This document shows positions 9,389-21,553 of a stretch of 64,000 nt of DNA, one piece after another; within the stretch, counting starts at the first letter, position 1, and the number at the start of each line of letters is the position of its first letter. The DNA is from a bacterium (GTDB lineage: Bacteria > UBA8248): assembly GCA_965200245.1 (NCBI GenBank), contig CBDATS010000004.1, forward strand, positions 1,476,791 to 1,540,790, written 5' to 3'. The position numbers were made by a program, and so were the translations under genes. A model generated the notes under the pieces. It worked only from the letters and a program-made list of their open reading frames with translations. It was not told the DNA's origin and made no database searches.

Positions 9389-10567
9389 GTGAGCAAACCC
9401 CTTCAGGGCGTCAAGGTATTGGACCTGACCCGCCTCGTCTCGGGCGGAATGTACGGCATGCTGCTGGCCGACGCCGGCGCCGACGTGGTCAAGGTCGAAG
9501 CCCCGGGCCAGGGCGACACGCTGCGGGCATGGAACCCGTATTGGTGGAAGGTCTACGGGCGGGGGAAACGCTCCATCACCACGAACCTGGCGAAAACACA
9601 AGGCCGGGACCTCATCCGAAAGCTGGCGGCCAAGGCGGATGTTCTCGCCGAGAATTTTTTCGCCGGCAAACTCGAAAACTGGGGACTGGGACCGAACGAG
9701 TTATGGAAAGTGAATCCGAAGCTCATCGTCGTGCGGATATCCGGATGGGGACAGGACGGTCCCTATCGCGACAGGCCGGGCTTCGGCACCTTGGTGGAGG
9801 CGATGTCGGGTTTCGCCGATATGAACGGCTTTCCTGATTCCCCTCCCCTGGCTCCTCCCCAGCCACTTGCGGATATGACGGCGGCACTTCAGGGCGTCGC
9901 CTCCACCATGTTCGCGCTCTACCACCGCGACGCTCTGGGAGGCGGGAGGGGACAGACTATCGATCTGGCGCTTTACGAACCGTTATTCACGATGCTGGGT
10001 CCACAGGCGGCCCGCTATCTCATCGAAGGGAAGAAGCGTCCCCGCCTGGGTAACCGCTCCGAGAACTCGGCACCCAGAAACATCTATCCCACGAGCGACG
10101 GGAAGTGGGTAGCGATTTCCGCTTCCACCCAGCCGATGTATGAACGCCTCGCCCGCGCCCTGGGGCGTGATGATCTCATTTCCGACGAGCGGTTCTCGAA
10201 CAACGAGACGCGTGTTGTAAACCAGGATGCGCTCGATAAAATAGTGGCCGATGCCATAGCAAAATGCAGTTGCGATGAGAACATGGAACTTTTCAACGCG
10301 GGTGGTGTAACGGCGAGCCCCGTCTACGACATCGAAGACATTCTGGCCGATCCCCATTTTCAGGCGAGAAATCTGGTGCGCCATGTGCCGGACGCAGATT
10401 TCGGTTCCGTGCCCATGCAGGGCGCTTTCCCGAGCATGTCGGAGACGCCCCTCGATATTGCCTGGACAGGGCCGGCCCTGGGGGAGCATACCGAAGCGAT
10501 TCTCAATGAATGGCTGGGCATGAAGCCTCCGGAAATCGAACGTCTGCGGAACGAAGAAGTGCTGTAA
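9389..10567 (+). CDS. CaiB/BaiF family III CoA-transferase
   Basis: PLQGVKVLDLT, GADVVKVE, RGKRSI, ADVLAENF, GPYRDRPGFG, LAD and PALGEHT. Confidence 0.93.
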   Translation: MSKPLQGVKVLDLTRLVSGGMYGMLLADAGADVVKVEAPGQGDTLRAWNPYWWKVYGRGKRSITTNLAKTQGRDLIRKLAAKADVLAENFFAGKLENWGLGPNELWKVNPKLIVVRISGWGQDGPYRDRPGFGTLVEAMSGFADMNGFPDSPPLAPPQPLADMTAALQGVASTMFALYHRDALGGGRGQTIDLALYEPLFTMLGPQAARYLIEGKKRPRLGNRSENSAPRNIYPTSDGKWVAISASTQPMYERLARALGRDDLISDERFSNNETRVVNQDALDKIVADAIAKCSCDENMELFNAGGVTASPVYDIEDILADPHFQARNLVRHVPDADFGSVPMQGAFPSMSETPLDIAWTGPALGEHTEAILNEWLGMKPPEIERLRNEEVL

Positions 10568-10569
10568 AG

Positions 10570-11412
10570 TTACCCCCTGGAGAAAAGAATCACGGACGCC
10601 GCGGCGAAGACGACGCCCACCCCTTTCCTCAATGTCAATTTCTCCTTGAGGAAGATGATGGCGAGCACCCCGGTCAACACGAAGCTCAACTGGGCGATTG
10701 GAGCCACGACGACCGCCTCGCCATAGGTGAACCCCACGGCGATCGCCACGTAGCTCGACGAGGTGAGCACGCCGCACACGAAAGGCAGCCAGAGTGGGAC
10801 GCCGCTTTTGGGAAGCGGGTTTTTTTGCAGGAACGCGAAGGGCACGGCCATGCAAAAAACGCCCACGCTTTGCGTGGCCGTCATCATGGCCGGTTTGGCT
10901 CCCATCCCCAGGCCCAGTTTGTAGAAAAGCCCGATAACCCCGAACATGCACATGGCGGAGATCGCTAGGACGATGGAACGCCTGTCCCCGACGGACGCCG
11001 CCAGGCCGCTGCCGCCGGCCATCACAGCGAGAGCCGCCAGGAGGAGGGCGGTGCCCTTGATGAGATTTACACTTTCGCCCAGGAAAAAAATGGTGAGGGC
11101 GGCCGTGACCGCGAAATTGAGGCGGACGATCGGCACGAGCGCCACTGCCTCGCCCCGTCTCAATGCGAGCAGGACGAACAAAAACGCGGTAAACGCCAAA
11201 ATCCCGTTGATGAACCCGAATAAAAGACCCGGATTCCAAAGCAATTCATTGCGATAATAGGCTAGGCCGAACGCGTTGGGCAGATACGCCATGTTTTGCA
11301 GGAACATGAAGGGCCCGCTCCGTATATCCCACTGCTGGCCCCATTTGTAGAGAAAGTCATTGACGCCGAGAAAGCACAGCGACATGAGCGCGAAGGTGAC
11401 TTCTGGCGGCAT
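10570..11412 (-). CDS. EamA/DMT-family transporter
   Basis: Two EamA repeats (GEAVALVPI...FFLGE; GEAVVVAPI...FLKEKLT). Start at MPPEVTF. Confidence 0.88.
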   Translation of the reverse strand: MPPEVTFALMSLCFLGVNDFLYKWGQQWDIRSGPFMFLQNMAYLPNAFGLAYYRNELLWNPGLLFGFINGILAFTAFLFVLLALRRGEAVALVPIVRLNFAVTAALTIFFLGESVNLIKGTALLLAALAVMAGGSGLAASVGDRRSIVLAISAMCMFGVIGLFYKLGLGMGAKPAMMTATQSVGVFCMAVPFAFLQKNPLPKSGVPLWLPFVCGVLTSSSYVAIAVGFTYGEAVVVAPIAQLSFVLTGVLAIIFLKEKLTLRKGVGVVFAAASVILFSRG

Positions 11413-11723
11413 ACGCGACTCCTCGGCGCGGACATCCCTGCTCGCCACGCGCGTTTTTGAATGATGGGGGGATGAAAGCACCCTCGATTCAGGGAAACTC
11501 CACAGGACAGGCTTTAAAAATCGAAAAAATGATACGACCCGCACTCCGGTGTGTCAACGTGATGGATGGTGGCGAATGCCCCCTGTTTTCTGCGATACGG
11601 ACACCTTGGCGTAACCCTCTTGGCGGAAAACGTGCTATTTTGGCTTCCGGAAACCGGATAAAACCGTTGCAACCGGAAAACCTGAGTGTTTGCTTTCATC
11701 TTTTTCAACGAGGAGCCGGGGGG

Positions 11724-12188
11724 TTGGGTCGTGAATATCCACTTCGCCCGATTGTCGGCGTAGGAGCCATCATTCTCGATAGCGATAACGTCCTCATCGT
11801 CCGGAGGGGGAAACCCCCCAAAATGGGTGCCTGGAGCATTCCCGGCGGTGGTGTCGACTTGGGGGAAGACCTCAAGGAGGCCTGCTTGCGAGAGGTGAAA
11901 GAAGAAACCGGCCTGGAAGTGGAGGTTCTCACAGAAGGAAAGGTTCTGAACCGTGTTACCCGGGACGAATGGGGGCGCGTGCAGTTTCATTACGTGCTCA
12001 TTGATTTCGTGTGTCGGCCCACCGGGGGTGTGCTACAGGCGGCGAGCGATATTTCCGAAGCCAGGTGGGTTCCGTTAAGTGAAATATCCGGACTGCGCCC
12101 CATGACGAGCGGGACGGCGGAATTCATACTGGAATCGGTTGCTGCGCTTCAACAGTCATCAAGCCGGAAAAACCGGGAAATCACATGA
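11724..12188 (+). CDS. NUDIX hydrolase
   Basis: Nudix box GGGVDLGEDLKEACLREVKEETGL; TTG start after AGGAG. Confidence 0.92.
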   Translation: MGREYPLRPIVGVGAIILDSDNVLIVRRGKPPKMGAWSIPGGGVDLGEDLKEACLREVKEETGLEVEVLTEGKVLNRVTRDEWGRVQFHYVLIDFVCRPTGGVLQAASDISEARWVPLSEISGLRPMTSGTAEFILESVAALQQSSSRKNREIT

Positions 12189-12907
12189 AAAACGGCGGAG
12201 AAAAACAACCTTCGAGCGAACGACTCGTGGCTTTGTTCTTGCGCCTTGCCGCGCGCGAACTCCAAACGCCCGCCTCTCGCCTGAATGACAGGTTCTTCAC
12301 CTTGGCTGAGGAATCTGACCCATGGAAGGCACGGGAAGAAATTCAGGATCTATCCGAAAATATTCATCGCCTCAGCCGCCTCATCGAAACGCTCGCCGAT
12401 GCCGCCGATATCGAAGCAAAGCGCGTAGGCCTTGAAAGCGACGAAGTCAATCTCGCGCATCTGTTCAGCGAGCGCATCGGCAAACGGCTCTGGAACTTCC
12501 CTTCCTTTCGGTTCTTGCCAGAAATGCCGTCTCGGCTCGACATTTGCGGCGACAGGACGAGGCTCAATTTCCTCATCGACGATCTGCTGGATGCGGCTAT
12601 TCACATCGCGCCCGAAGGCGGAACCATCCACGCACTTCTCGCGAGGGAAAACGAAAGGATTGTTTTGTCGACCACCAACCGTGATGCGGAGATCCCGCCC
12701 TTTTCCACCAGTTCGTTTATCGACTGGATGGCGAAAGACCTCGAAAATCCGGGCGCGCTGAGGGGAATCGGAATCGGTCTGTACCGAAGCCATCTCACCG
12801 CCCTCATGCTAGGCGGACGCCTGGAACTTACGACCCCTTCCGAGGGCGGCGCATCCTTCACCGTCGAGTTCCCGGCCAGTCAATCACAACGCTCCAGTCT
12901 TTCATAG
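12185..12907 (+). CDS. Degenerate histidine-kinase-like protein (HisKA/HATPase fold, catalytic residues missing)
   Basis: ARELQTPA where SHELRTPL is expected, DLLDAAIH where NLLDNAIK is expected; retains GIGIGL and GGASFTVEFP. Confidence 0.7.
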   Translation: MKNGGEKQPSSERLVALFLRLAARELQTPASRLNDRFFTLAEESDPWKAREEIQDLSENIHRLSRLIETLADAADIEAKRVGLESDEVNLAHLFSERIGKRLWNFPSFRFLPEMPSRLDICGDRTRLNFLIDDLLDAAIHIAPEGGTIHALLARENERIVLSTTNRDAEIPPFSTSSFIDWMAKDLENPGALRGIGIGLYRSHLTALMLGGRLELTTPSEGGASFTVEFPASQSQRSSLS

Positions 12908-12919
12908 GAATCCATCTAC

Positions 12920-13984
12920 ATGACTGAAATGAAACGAATTTCCGAAGAAGCGCTCGTGGATTTCGCCACGAAATGCATTGTGGTCTTGGGGGCCACAGAG
13001 GAACGCGCCAGGGTGACGGCGAAAATCCTCGCTGCGACGGATATGCGCGGAATTTCAAGCCACGGCGTAGCGGGCGGGACGGGTTTGCGCGAACTCGTCG
13101 AGCGCATTCGGAAAGAGGCCATCGACCCGAAAGCCGAACCGATTGTCGAGCGAAACGAAAACTGGGCCGTCGCCACCATGGACGCGCAAGCCGGCATCGG
13201 CCCGGCGGCGGCGATGGATGCGACGCACCTCGCGGGCGACTTGGCGGAAGAGTACGGCATCGGAAAGGTCTACCTGCACAACGCGAACCATTTCGGGGCG
13301 GCTTGCGTGTATGTGGAGGCACTTATCGAACGGGGTCTCGCCGGCCGCGCCACGTGCACCTCTGGTGCATGGATGAAGCCTTACGGGGGAAACAGGATTC
13401 GGCTGGGTACGAACCCCATCGCCTGGGGAGTGCCGGCAGGAGATCGAGCCATCGTCATCGACGTGGCTACTACGCAGCGCGCCGTAAGTCCCGCCATTCG
13501 CGCCAGTCGCGCAGGCGAAGCGATTCCACCCGATTATTTTCTGCACGAAAACGGTGAGGTCATCTCTGGTCACGTTCCGTACGACGAACTCATCAAGGGC
13601 TCCGTTCTGCCACTGGGGGGAACGCAGTTCGGTTACAAGGGCTCCGGCCTCGCCGTGCTGGTGGATCTGGACGGCGTCATTGGTGGTGGTTCAACGCAGC
13701 ACATCCCGACGCTGCGTGTCCAGCCCGACGCTCGCATCACGCAAACGATAGAATCCTGGAGGCTGGACGTGCTCTATCCATTGGAGGATGCGAAAAAGCG
13801 TCTGGCCGAGGCGGTTCGGGACATCAAAAGCTGCGGAGGCCCTGAGATGCTGCTTCCGGGAGAGCGCGAGGCGAACAGGAGAGCGGATGCGGAGAAAAAC
13901 GGCATTCCCTATGAAGCCAGCCAGCGTGATACGCTCGAAATGATAGGAGGGTGGCTGGGCGTCGCACCGCCCGAATCCATGTAA
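12920..13984 (+). CDS. Ldh_2-family (malate/L-lactate/ureidoglycolate-type) dehydrogenase
   Basis: DMRGISSHG, NANHFGA, GTNPIA, GYKGSGLA and LLPGERE. Confidence 0.9.
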   Translation: MTEMKRISEEALVDFATKCIVVLGATEERARVTAKILAATDMRGISSHGVAGGTGLRELVERIRKEAIDPKAEPIVERNENWAVATMDAQAGIGPAAAMDATHLAGDLAEEYGIGKVYLHNANHFGAACVYVEALIERGLAGRATCTSGAWMKPYGGNRIRLGTNPIAWGVPAGDRAIVIDVATTQRAVSPAIRASRAGEAIPPDYFLHENGEVISGHVPYDELIKGSVLPLGGTQFGYKGSGLAVLVDLDGVIGGGSTQHIPTLRVQPDARITQTIESWRLDVLYPLEDAKKRLAEAVRDIKSCGGPEMLLPGEREANRRADAEKNGIPYEASQRDTLEMIGGWLGVAPPESM

Positions 13985-14054
13985 CGGAATTCATCTGCCG
14001 TTTCAGGCCATCGGCCCGGGAGCACTCGCCGGAGCCGCGGTCACTAATCATCCT

Positions 14055-15305
14055 CTAGGCGTTTCGCTCCAGGCGAACGGTTTCTATCTGTCGCTCGTTG
14101 GCCGATTCTACGGTGAGGGTCCAGTCCTCCAGGGATATATGCTCGCCCTCTTTCGGGATGCGTTCGAACTGTCCCAGAAGGTAGCCCGACAACGTCTCGT
14201 AGTCCCCATCGGGTAAGGGTAATTTGAGCGTCTCGCGCACATCCTCTACCTCCATGCGGGCATCGACGAGGTAATGCCTCTCACCCAGCTTGTGGTGCTG
14301 GCGAACTTCGTCGATGTCGTATTCATCGGCGATGTCACCCACGATCTCTTCCACAAGATCCTCCATTGTCACGATGCCGGTGCAGGCCCCGTATTCATCC
14401 ACCACCACGGCCATCTTGTCCTTCCGGCTCATCAACTCATCAAGGAGGCGGTCAGCCGGCTTTGTCTCCGGCACGAAATAAGCGCTTCGAATGAGGCCAC
14501 CCTTGTCCTTTAGGCGTCCGGCGGTGTCGGGTCCCAACCCGAGAATGTCCCTTGTATGAACGACGCCGACGATATGGTACAGGTTTTCCCTGTAGATCAG
14601 GATTCTCGAGTGGCCGTCGTCTTCGATCTTCTGGATCACTTCTTCCACCGTGCCTTCCTCATCCACCGCCGATAGGTCCACGATGGGCACGAGCACGTTT
14701 TCCATGTCCAATTCGCTGAACGTGAAGATGCGGCCTATCATCTGACGCTCGAGGACCTGCACGTCACCTTCGCTTTGCTCCTCCATCAGCGACTCGAGTT
14801 CCTTGCGGGTGACAAACGGGGTGCTCTCCCCGTCGCGTTTTCCCAGTCCCAAGGCGGTGCCGATGAGTGTGCTGATGAGCCACACCAAAGGATATATGAT
14901 CAGCCTGGCGCACCAGACGACACGCGCCAGCAAAGGGGCAAGTGTGTCGGCGCGAGCCTGGCAATAGCCCTTGGGAACCACCTCGCCGAACACCACGAGA
15001 AGAGGAATCACGAGGGCGACCGAGAGCACCTCTCCATAAGCAGGACCGACAAAATTGATGGCCGTTATGGTGGCTAGGGAGACGTTCGTGACGAAACTCG
15101 CGTTATGGCAGGTGAGAATCGTGCCCATGAGCCATTCGGGTTTTTCCAGTAACTGCAGGGCGATATCCGCGCCTTTGTTCCCTTCCTCCGCCCTGGCCCG
15201 CAGGCGGGCACGATCTGCGGAAACGATGGCGATCTCCGCACCAGAGAACAACGCCTCCGCCAAGAGGAGGAGCAAACCGACGATGATGACCGGGAAAATA
15301 TCCAA
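14055..15305 (-). CDS. CNNM (DUF21)-CBS-CorC 'hemolysin-family' membrane protein
   Basis: FSGAEIA, FGEVVPKG, HSRILIY, VVDEYG, EDLVEEIVGDIADEYD and YETLSG. Confidence 0.92.
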   Translation of the reverse strand: MDIFPVIIVGLLLLLAEALFSGAEIAIVSADRARLRARAEEGNKGADIALQLLEKPEWLMGTILTCHNASFVTNVSLATITAINFVGPAYGEVLSVALVIPLLVVFGEVVPKGYCQARADTLAPLLARVVWCARLIIYPLVWLISTLIGTALGLGKRDGESTPFVTRKELESLMEEQSEGDVQVLERQMIGRIFTFSELDMENVLVPIVDLSAVDEEGTVEEVIQKIEDDGHSRILIYRENLYHIVGVVHTRDILGLGPDTAGRLKDKGGLIRSAYFVPETKPADRLLDELMSRKDKMAVVVDEYGACTGIVTMEDLVEEIVGDIADEYDIDEVRQHHKLGERHYLVDARMEVEDVRETLKLPLPDGDYETLSGYLLGQFERIPKEGEHISLEDWTLTVESANERQIETVRLERNA

Positions 15306-15306
15306 T

Positions 15307-16578
15307 TCAGGAATCCTCCCGCCTTCGCGCGCGCACCTGAAGGACCCGGGCACCGCTCGTCTCGGTCACCGTGAATTCCACGTTCCCCAGACGAACCCAC
15401 TCGTTTACTGAAGGCACACGACCCAGCATCGTGAAAACTGTGCCGCCCAGCGTATTTGCCTCTTCGTAATCGGGAAGTTCCCATCCGCTCACCGTCGAGA
15501 ATTCCGCCAGGGGAACGCGGCCATGACACAGGAATGAATTCTCGTCTTCCTGTTCGATCCAGGTTTCTTCGACTTCCTCGTGTTCGTCCTTGATCTCGCC
15601 GAAAATCTCCTCGAGAAGATCCGTCATCGACACCAGGCCGAGAGTGCCGCCAAACTCATCCTGAACGATGGCGATGTGGGTTCGCTCATGTCGGAACTGA
15701 CGAAATAGGCGATCAAGCTTCATCCCGCCTGGGACGATGAGCGGGGCGCGCAGCATCTGTTTCGTCAGACGCTCCTCGGGGCTGAAATTTCTTCGGCCTG
15801 CCTGGCGCAGAAAGTCCTTGACATACAAAATGCCCACTATCTGATCCCGGTCTCGCTGGAAAATCGGAATGCGCGAATGGGTTGCCGTGCGGACGTGCTC
15901 GATCACTTCCACGACGGGCAGGTTCATCTCCCAGCATTCCAGATCCGTGCGTGGCACCGCCACGTCGGACACGGTCTTATCGTGGAAACCGAACACGTTG
16001 TGAATGAGTTCGCGCTCGCCTTCTTCGAGTTCGCCTTCGGCGTGGCCCGCATCCACGAGGTGGAGGAATTCATCTTCCATCAAGATGCTTTGAGGATCCC
16101 GTGAGGGAGATCCCATCAGGGAGAGTACGCCGTTCGCCACCTGCAGGAATATCCACCGCAGCGGAGAAATGAAGCGCGCGAAAACGGATATGGGAGTCGC
16201 CAGAAATCGCGAGAATCGCTCCGGATACCGGGCCGCCAGGGATTTGGGCGTAATCTCGCCGAATATCATGAGCAGCGGCGTCATGAACACGGGAGCGAGC
16301 CACCTTTTCCCGGGTTCCAGATAAGCCACCACGACGCCCGTGAACAGCGCGGAGGAGGCGATGTTCACGACTTCGTTTCCCATCAATATGGAAGTAATCA
16401 GCCGCCTGGGCCTGTCGAGAAGGTCGGATATCCGCTCGCCTGCCCCGCCCTCGCGGCGCATGGTGCGCACCTTGGGGCGTGGCAGGGAGAAAAGGGCCGT
16501 CTCGCTGGCCGAGAAGCCTGCAGAGCAAAGCATGAGGAAGACGAAGGCGGCGAGCCGGAATAGCAGGTCGGCATCCAT
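15307..16578 (-). CDS. CNNM (DUF21)-CBS-CorC 'hemolysin-family' membrane protein (tandem paralog)
   Basis: FSASETALFSL, FGEITPKSLA, HSRIPIF, DEFGGTLG and LLEEIFGEIKDE. Confidence 0.92.
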   Translation of the reverse strand: MDADLLFRLAAFVFLMLCSAGFSASETALFSLPRPKVRTMRREGGAGERISDLLDRPRRLITSILMGNEVVNIASSALFTGVVVAYLEPGKRWLAPVFMTPLLMIFGEITPKSLAARYPERFSRFLATPISVFARFISPLRWIFLQVANGVLSLMGSPSRDPQSILMEDEFLHLVDAGHAEGELEEGERELIHNVFGFHDKTVSDVAVPRTDLECWEMNLPVVEVIEHVRTATHSRIPIFQRDRDQIVGILYVKDFLRQAGRRNFSPEERLTKQMLRAPLIVPGGMKLDRLFRQFRHERTHIAIVQDEFGGTLGLVSMTDLLEEIFGEIKDEHEEVEETWIEQEDENSFLCHGRVPLAEFSTVSGWELPDYEEANTLGGTVFTMLGRVPSVNEWVRLGNVEFTVTETSGARVLQVRARRREDS

Positions 16579-16648
16579 CAGTCCGAGCCTCCCGGCTGAT
16601 TATGGTGAAAATGTATTTGCCCCGGTGGTTCAGGGTCAGGTTCTTCCA

Positions 16649-17530
16649 CTACCATGAGGCTGTCAATCTCCTTAAATAATTCCGAAATGCTGGGCCGATG
16701 TCCTCGCGCTGTAGGGCGAACTCGACTGTCGCTTCCAAATAGCCCAATTTGTCGCCCGCATCATATCGCTGTCCCGCATATTCATAGGCGTAGAGACGGG
16801 TCTGAGCCAGCAGACCCCGCAACCCGTCGGTGAGCTGGATCTCCCCTTTCGCATCCGGCTTCACGCGTTCGAGGATCGGGAAAATCTCGGGCGGCAAGAC
16901 GTAGCGTCCGATGATTGCGACATTGGAGGGCGCATGTTCAGGTTCGGGTTTTTCGACCATCCCCTTGAGTGGCGTGACGCCGGGCGCTGGAGAGGGTTCG
17001 CCGGAAGGATCGATGATGCCGTATTTCGAGAGTTCGCTTTTCTCGACCCGCACTCCTGCGATCACACCACCGCCGTGCGCGTCGAACACCCGCACCAACT
17101 GGCCGATGACAGGCTCTTCGCTCCGGATGACGTCATCGGATAAAATGACGGCGAACGGCTCGTCTCCCACGACCGGCCTGGCGCACAGGACAGCATGACC
17201 CAGACCCAGCGGGCGTTTCTGGCGAATGGACGTGATGCGGGCTTTTTCCGAGATTTCCTCCACCACGGCCAACAGCCTCTCCTCGTTCCTGTCTCGCAGG
17301 TAAGTTTCCACCTCGAAGGCGACATCGAAATGGTCCACCATCGAGACCTTCCCGCGCCCGGTGATGAAAACGATCTCCTCAATACCGGCATCCAGGGCCT
17401 CCTGTACGCCGATCTGGATTTGAGGGACGTCCACAATGGGAAGCATCTCTTTCGGGATCACCTTGGTGGCGGGCAGAAACCGCGTTCCGAGCCCCGCTAC
17501 CGGAAAAACAGCCTTGCGAACCCGGCTCAT
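16649..17530 (-). CDS. galU: UTP-glucose-1-phosphate uridylyltransferase
   Basis: KAVFPVAGLGTRFLPATKVIPKEMLP, GLGHAV, VEKP and GEIQLTD. Confidence 0.97.
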   Translation of the reverse strand: MSRVRKAVFPVAGLGTRFLPATKVIPKEMLPIVDVPQIQIGVQEALDAGIEEIVFITGRGKVSMVDHFDVAFEVETYLRDRNEERLLAVVEEISEKARITSIRQKRPLGLGHAVLCARPVVGDEPFAVILSDDVIRSEEPVIGQLVRVFDAHGGGVIAGVRVEKSELSKYGIIDPSGEPSPAPGVTPLKGMVEKPEPEHAPSNVAIIGRYVLPPEIFPILERVKPDAKGEIQLTDGLRGLLAQTRLYAYEYAGQRYDAGDKLGYLEATVEFALQREDIGPAFRNYLRRLTASW

Positions 17531-17618
17531 GAGAAAGTTCCCATGAGAAAGAAAATGTGTCGGTGCGAATGAATGCGTAACATTTCTCTTCGATCATAGA
17601 AAAATGAACAAACGGAGG

Positions 17619-19718
<2,100 letters not shown>

Positions 19719-20708
19719 TCAGAGCGATTCGAAGCGCTGTCGGGCAGTGGCCGCCGCGCTCGAATCCGGATATTTGGCAATTACCTGGCCGAGCAACTCA
19801 CGTGCACTCGCGCGATCATCGATGTTCAGAAACGAGAGTGCTTCCAGAAGCAGGGCTTCCGGTGCCTTGTCCCCATTGGCGTAATCGACCTGCACCTTGT
19901 TGAACGCCAGAATGGCGCGTTCGAAATTCTTCTCCTGATAGTAGGACTGTCCTATCCAGTACTGCGCGTCGTCCGCCAACTCGTGCGTGGGATAATTGTC
20001 GATAAACGTATCCAAAAGGCTGCGCGCCTTCGCGTAATTTCTTTCATCGCGCAAGACGCGAATTGCCCGTGTGTAGTCCTCTTCGGGGTCAGGAAGTTTG
20101 GGCACAGGTTTAGCCTGCGGGGGCCGGTTCACGGGCTCTTTGGATATGACCACGACGCGCTCGCCTGCGGCAGGCTGGCCCACAGGCTGGGTGCCCGTGC
20201 TCGCCGGCAAACCTGCCGATACAACCCGCCCGTCCCCGGCAGGAACACCCAGGGGAGACATCCGGGACGGCGAGCCCGCCGGCGTCACGACAACCTCCGC
20301 TTTTTTCTTCGTCGCCTGAACGGGAGGTTTTGAGCGCAACAGGCTCAACTCTTTTTCGAGTTTATCGATTCTCTCTTGGAGTTTCGCGATTGTTTTTCCG
20401 GCTTTTTCGAGAGATTTCTCGGAATCCTTTCGCGCGCGTTCGACCTCGTTCGTGACCCCCTGAATGGCCTCTCGCGCTTCCTCGATGCGTTGCTCCTGGT
20501 TTTGCATCCCGCGCCTGAGACCTTTGAGATTTGCCTCAATGGCAGCAACGTCGATCGATGGATTCTGGGTACCAACCTGAGCCGCCGGCGCGGGAGGCGG
20601 TGTACCGGAATCTCCTGCCGGAGAATTCGTATCCGGGCAACCGATCAAAAAAAAGGAAAACACCACCAAAGAGAAAGGCCTGAGTCCGGATGCCTGAAAA
20701 GTTTTCAT
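19719..20708 (-). CDS. cpoB: Tol-Pal-associated CpoB/YbgF TPR protein, with lipoprotein-type signal
   Basis: FLIGC lipobox, coiled coil, C-terminal YPTHELADDAQYWIGQSYY...KAPEALL...YPDS; directly downstream of pal. Confidence 0.85.
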   Translation of the reverse strand: MKTFQASGLRPFSLVVFSFFLIGCPDTNSPAGDSGTPPPAPAAQVGTQNPSIDVAAIEANLKGLRRGMQNQEQRIEEAREAIQGVTNEVERARKDSEKSLEKAGKTIAKLQERIDKLEKELSLLRSKPPVQATKKKAEVVVTPAGSPSRMSPLGVPAGDGRVVSAGLPASTGTQPVGQPAAGERVVVISKEPVNRPPQAKPVPKLPDPEEDYTRAIRVLRDERNYAKARSLLDTFIDNYPTHELADDAQYWIGQSYYQEKNFERAILAFNKVQVDYANGDKAPEALLLEALSFLNIDDRASARELLGQVIAKYPDSSAAATARQRFESL

Positions 20709-20712
20709 GAAG

Positions 20713-20744
20713 AAAAACTCCCCGGCGGCATCTGCCGCCGGGGA
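20713..20744 (-). terminator. Intrinsic terminator-like hairpin between pal and cpoB
   Basis: 12-bp inverted repeat TCCCCGGCGGCA/TGCCGCCGGGGA, followed on the minus strand by GTTTTT. Confidence 0.7.
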
Positions 20745-20775
20745 ATCCTTTTTGATACGCAGGACAGCCGAACGG

Positions 20776-21363
20776 CTAGTTCATACCCGCCGGAATACCG
20801 CCGATGATGTTGAACTTCGCCCGGCGATTCTTGGCCCATCCCGCTTCGTTGGAGCGTGAATCGGCCGGACGTTCCTCGCCATAGCTTACCGTATCGACCC
20901 GGGAAGCCTTGACCCCGAGCGAAGCGAGATAATCCTTGGCGCTCTGCGAACGTCTGTGTCCGAGCGCGATGTTGTATTCCACCGTTCCACGCTCGTCGCA
21001 ATGTCCTTCAATCTGCACTCGAAGGCTGGGATATTCCTGCAGGAAGCGAGCCTTGGCGTCCATGATCGAACGCATATCAGAACGGATCTCGGACTTGTCA
21101 AAATCGAAGTAGACCAGATGGTTTTCAAACCTGGTCAAGGCACGTTTGAAGGCGGCGCGACGGCGCTGCCTCTCGAGCATGCTTGTGTCTTCCTGCATCT
21201 TGGTTGGTTTGGGAGGTTGCGGCTTTCTCGCCATGGGAGGAGGTGGTTTGGGCGCCGGCAGTTCTTCTACCTCCGGCGTATGTTTCACGCAGCCTACCGT
21301 GAATACGAGTAACAAACCCATCAACAAGGATTGATAAGACTGAATACGGCCCGATAACGACAT
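20776..21363 (-). CDS. pal: Peptidoglycan-associated lipoprotein
   Basis: TVGC lipobox; VYFDFDKS, IEGHCDERGTVEYNIALG, SYGEERP and KNRRA. Confidence 0.96.
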   Translation of the reverse strand: MSLSGRIQSYQSLLMGLLLVFTVGCVKHTPEVEELPAPKPPPPMARKPQPPKPTKMQEDTSMLERQRRRAAFKRALTRFENHLVYFDFDKSEIRSDMRSIMDAKARFLQEYPSLRVQIEGHCDERGTVEYNIALGHRRSQSAKDYLASLGVKASRVDTVSYGEERPADSRSNEAGWAKNRRAKFNIIGGIPAGMN

Positions 21364-21553
21364 GCAAACACCCCCCCCTCGCAGTCTTTGGTTCGTATAT
21401 GTTCAGAGCGAGAAGTAATTTTTAATACGGGGCGGAGAGCCTTCCCCCTCTCGGATTGCTCCACAACCGAACATCATGAATTATAAAGGGTGGATGCGTG
21501 ATGAGCAAGTCCAATTCGTGCTTTTTCGAGAGATATTTCCCGGATTCAGTATT

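Noticed and set aside
14055-16578. Hemolysin toxins
   Set aside because: The domains are CNNM/CBS/CorC (Mg2+/Co2+ homeostasis); tandem pairs are common and the 'hemolysin' label is historical.
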